The position numbers and the translations under genes are program-made. A stretch of 20,000 bases of DNA, from positions 78,683,754 through 78,703,753 of the forward strand of contig NC_057711.1 in the NCBI RefSeq assembly GCF_004010195.1. Direction: 5' to 3'. Shown here in pieces: positions 19,642 to 20,000 of this stretch. Every line of letters begins with the position of its first letter. The stretch's first letter is position 1. The notes under the pieces were generated by a model. That model did not search any database, had not been told where the DNA came from, and was given only the letters and a program-made list of their open reading frames with translations. The DNA comes from Chiloscyllium plagiosum. Its lineage: Eukaryota.

Positions 19642-20000
19642 AGAGCTGAAAATGTGTTGCTGGAAAAGCGCAGCAGGTCAGGCAGCATCCAGGGAACAGG
19701 AGAATCGACGTTTCGGGCATAAGCCCTTCTTCAGGAATGAGGAAAGTTTGTCCAGCAGGCGAAGATAAAAGGTAGGGAGGAGGGACTTGGGGGAGGGGCG
19801 TTGGAAATGTGATAGGTGGAAAGAGGTCAAGGTGAGGGTGATAGGTCAGACTGGGGTGGGGGCGGAGAGGTCGGGAAGAAGATTGCAGGTTAGGAAGGCG
19901 GTGCTGAATTCGATGGATTTGACTGAGACAAGGTGGGGGGAGGGGAAATGAGGAAACTGGTGAAACCCGAGTTCATCCCTTGTGGTTGGAGGATTCCTAG
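19642..20000 (-). mobile_element. PLE 3' end (continues past the window)
   Basis: Minus strand at the window end encodes LGILQPQGMNSGF, resembling the L.TL.P.G.N GIY-YIG C-terminal motif. A pyrimidine-rich tract and an intact hammerhead motif follow. Confidence 0.8.
19702..19738 (-). ncRNA. Minimal hammerhead ribozyme motif, intact core, in a PLE 3' region
   Basis: Minus strand reads ATTC-CTGAAGA-A-GGGC-TTAT-GCCC-GAA-ACGT-C-GATTC: CUGANGA, stem II, GAAA, palindromic ACGT mini-stem III and a GUC cleavage triplet. Stem I is imperfect. Confidence 0.8.

Larger units (their letters stand above)
17574..20000 (+). other. PSAT1: PSAT1 intron 1 (runs past window end)
   Basis: Starts at the GTGAGT donor. 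I found no exon encoding the expected next PSAT1 residues (VLLE.Q.EL..Y) before 20000. Confidence 0.75.

Noticed and set aside
1..20000. CRISPR array or prokaryotic operon
   Set aside because: No regularly spaced repeats or dense coding. The sequence is intron-containing vertebrate DNA.

Overview
This is vertebrate genomic DNA, most likely from a shark (inferred from the HE1-like tRNA-derived SINEs with CR1-type tails and the CR1 and Penelope families). The window is mostly retroelement-derived: two long CR1 LINE copies in opposite orientation, many older CR1, L2 and RTE fragments, five SINE copies and several Penelope-like element (PLE) fragments. The only host gene is the promoter and first coding exon of phosphoserine aminotransferase (PSAT1, + strand, 17511-17573, MESGRKQMINFGAGPAKLPLP, then a GTGAGT donor); the six-frame ORF track misses this exon. 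Two RNA-level signals stand out. First, a vault RNA-like sequence at 15261-15355 has Pol III box A/B and compensatory base changes, sits against the end of a SINE and lacks a T4 terminator. Second, seven minimal hammerhead ribozyme motifs of four sequence types lie in the PLE fragments; one has an intact catalytic core (19702-19738, minus strand, in PSAT1 intron 1) and two form the centre of a ~190-bp palindrome. Most listed ORFs are retroelement fragments or chance ORFs. All identifications come from recalled motifs, and no database search was run.
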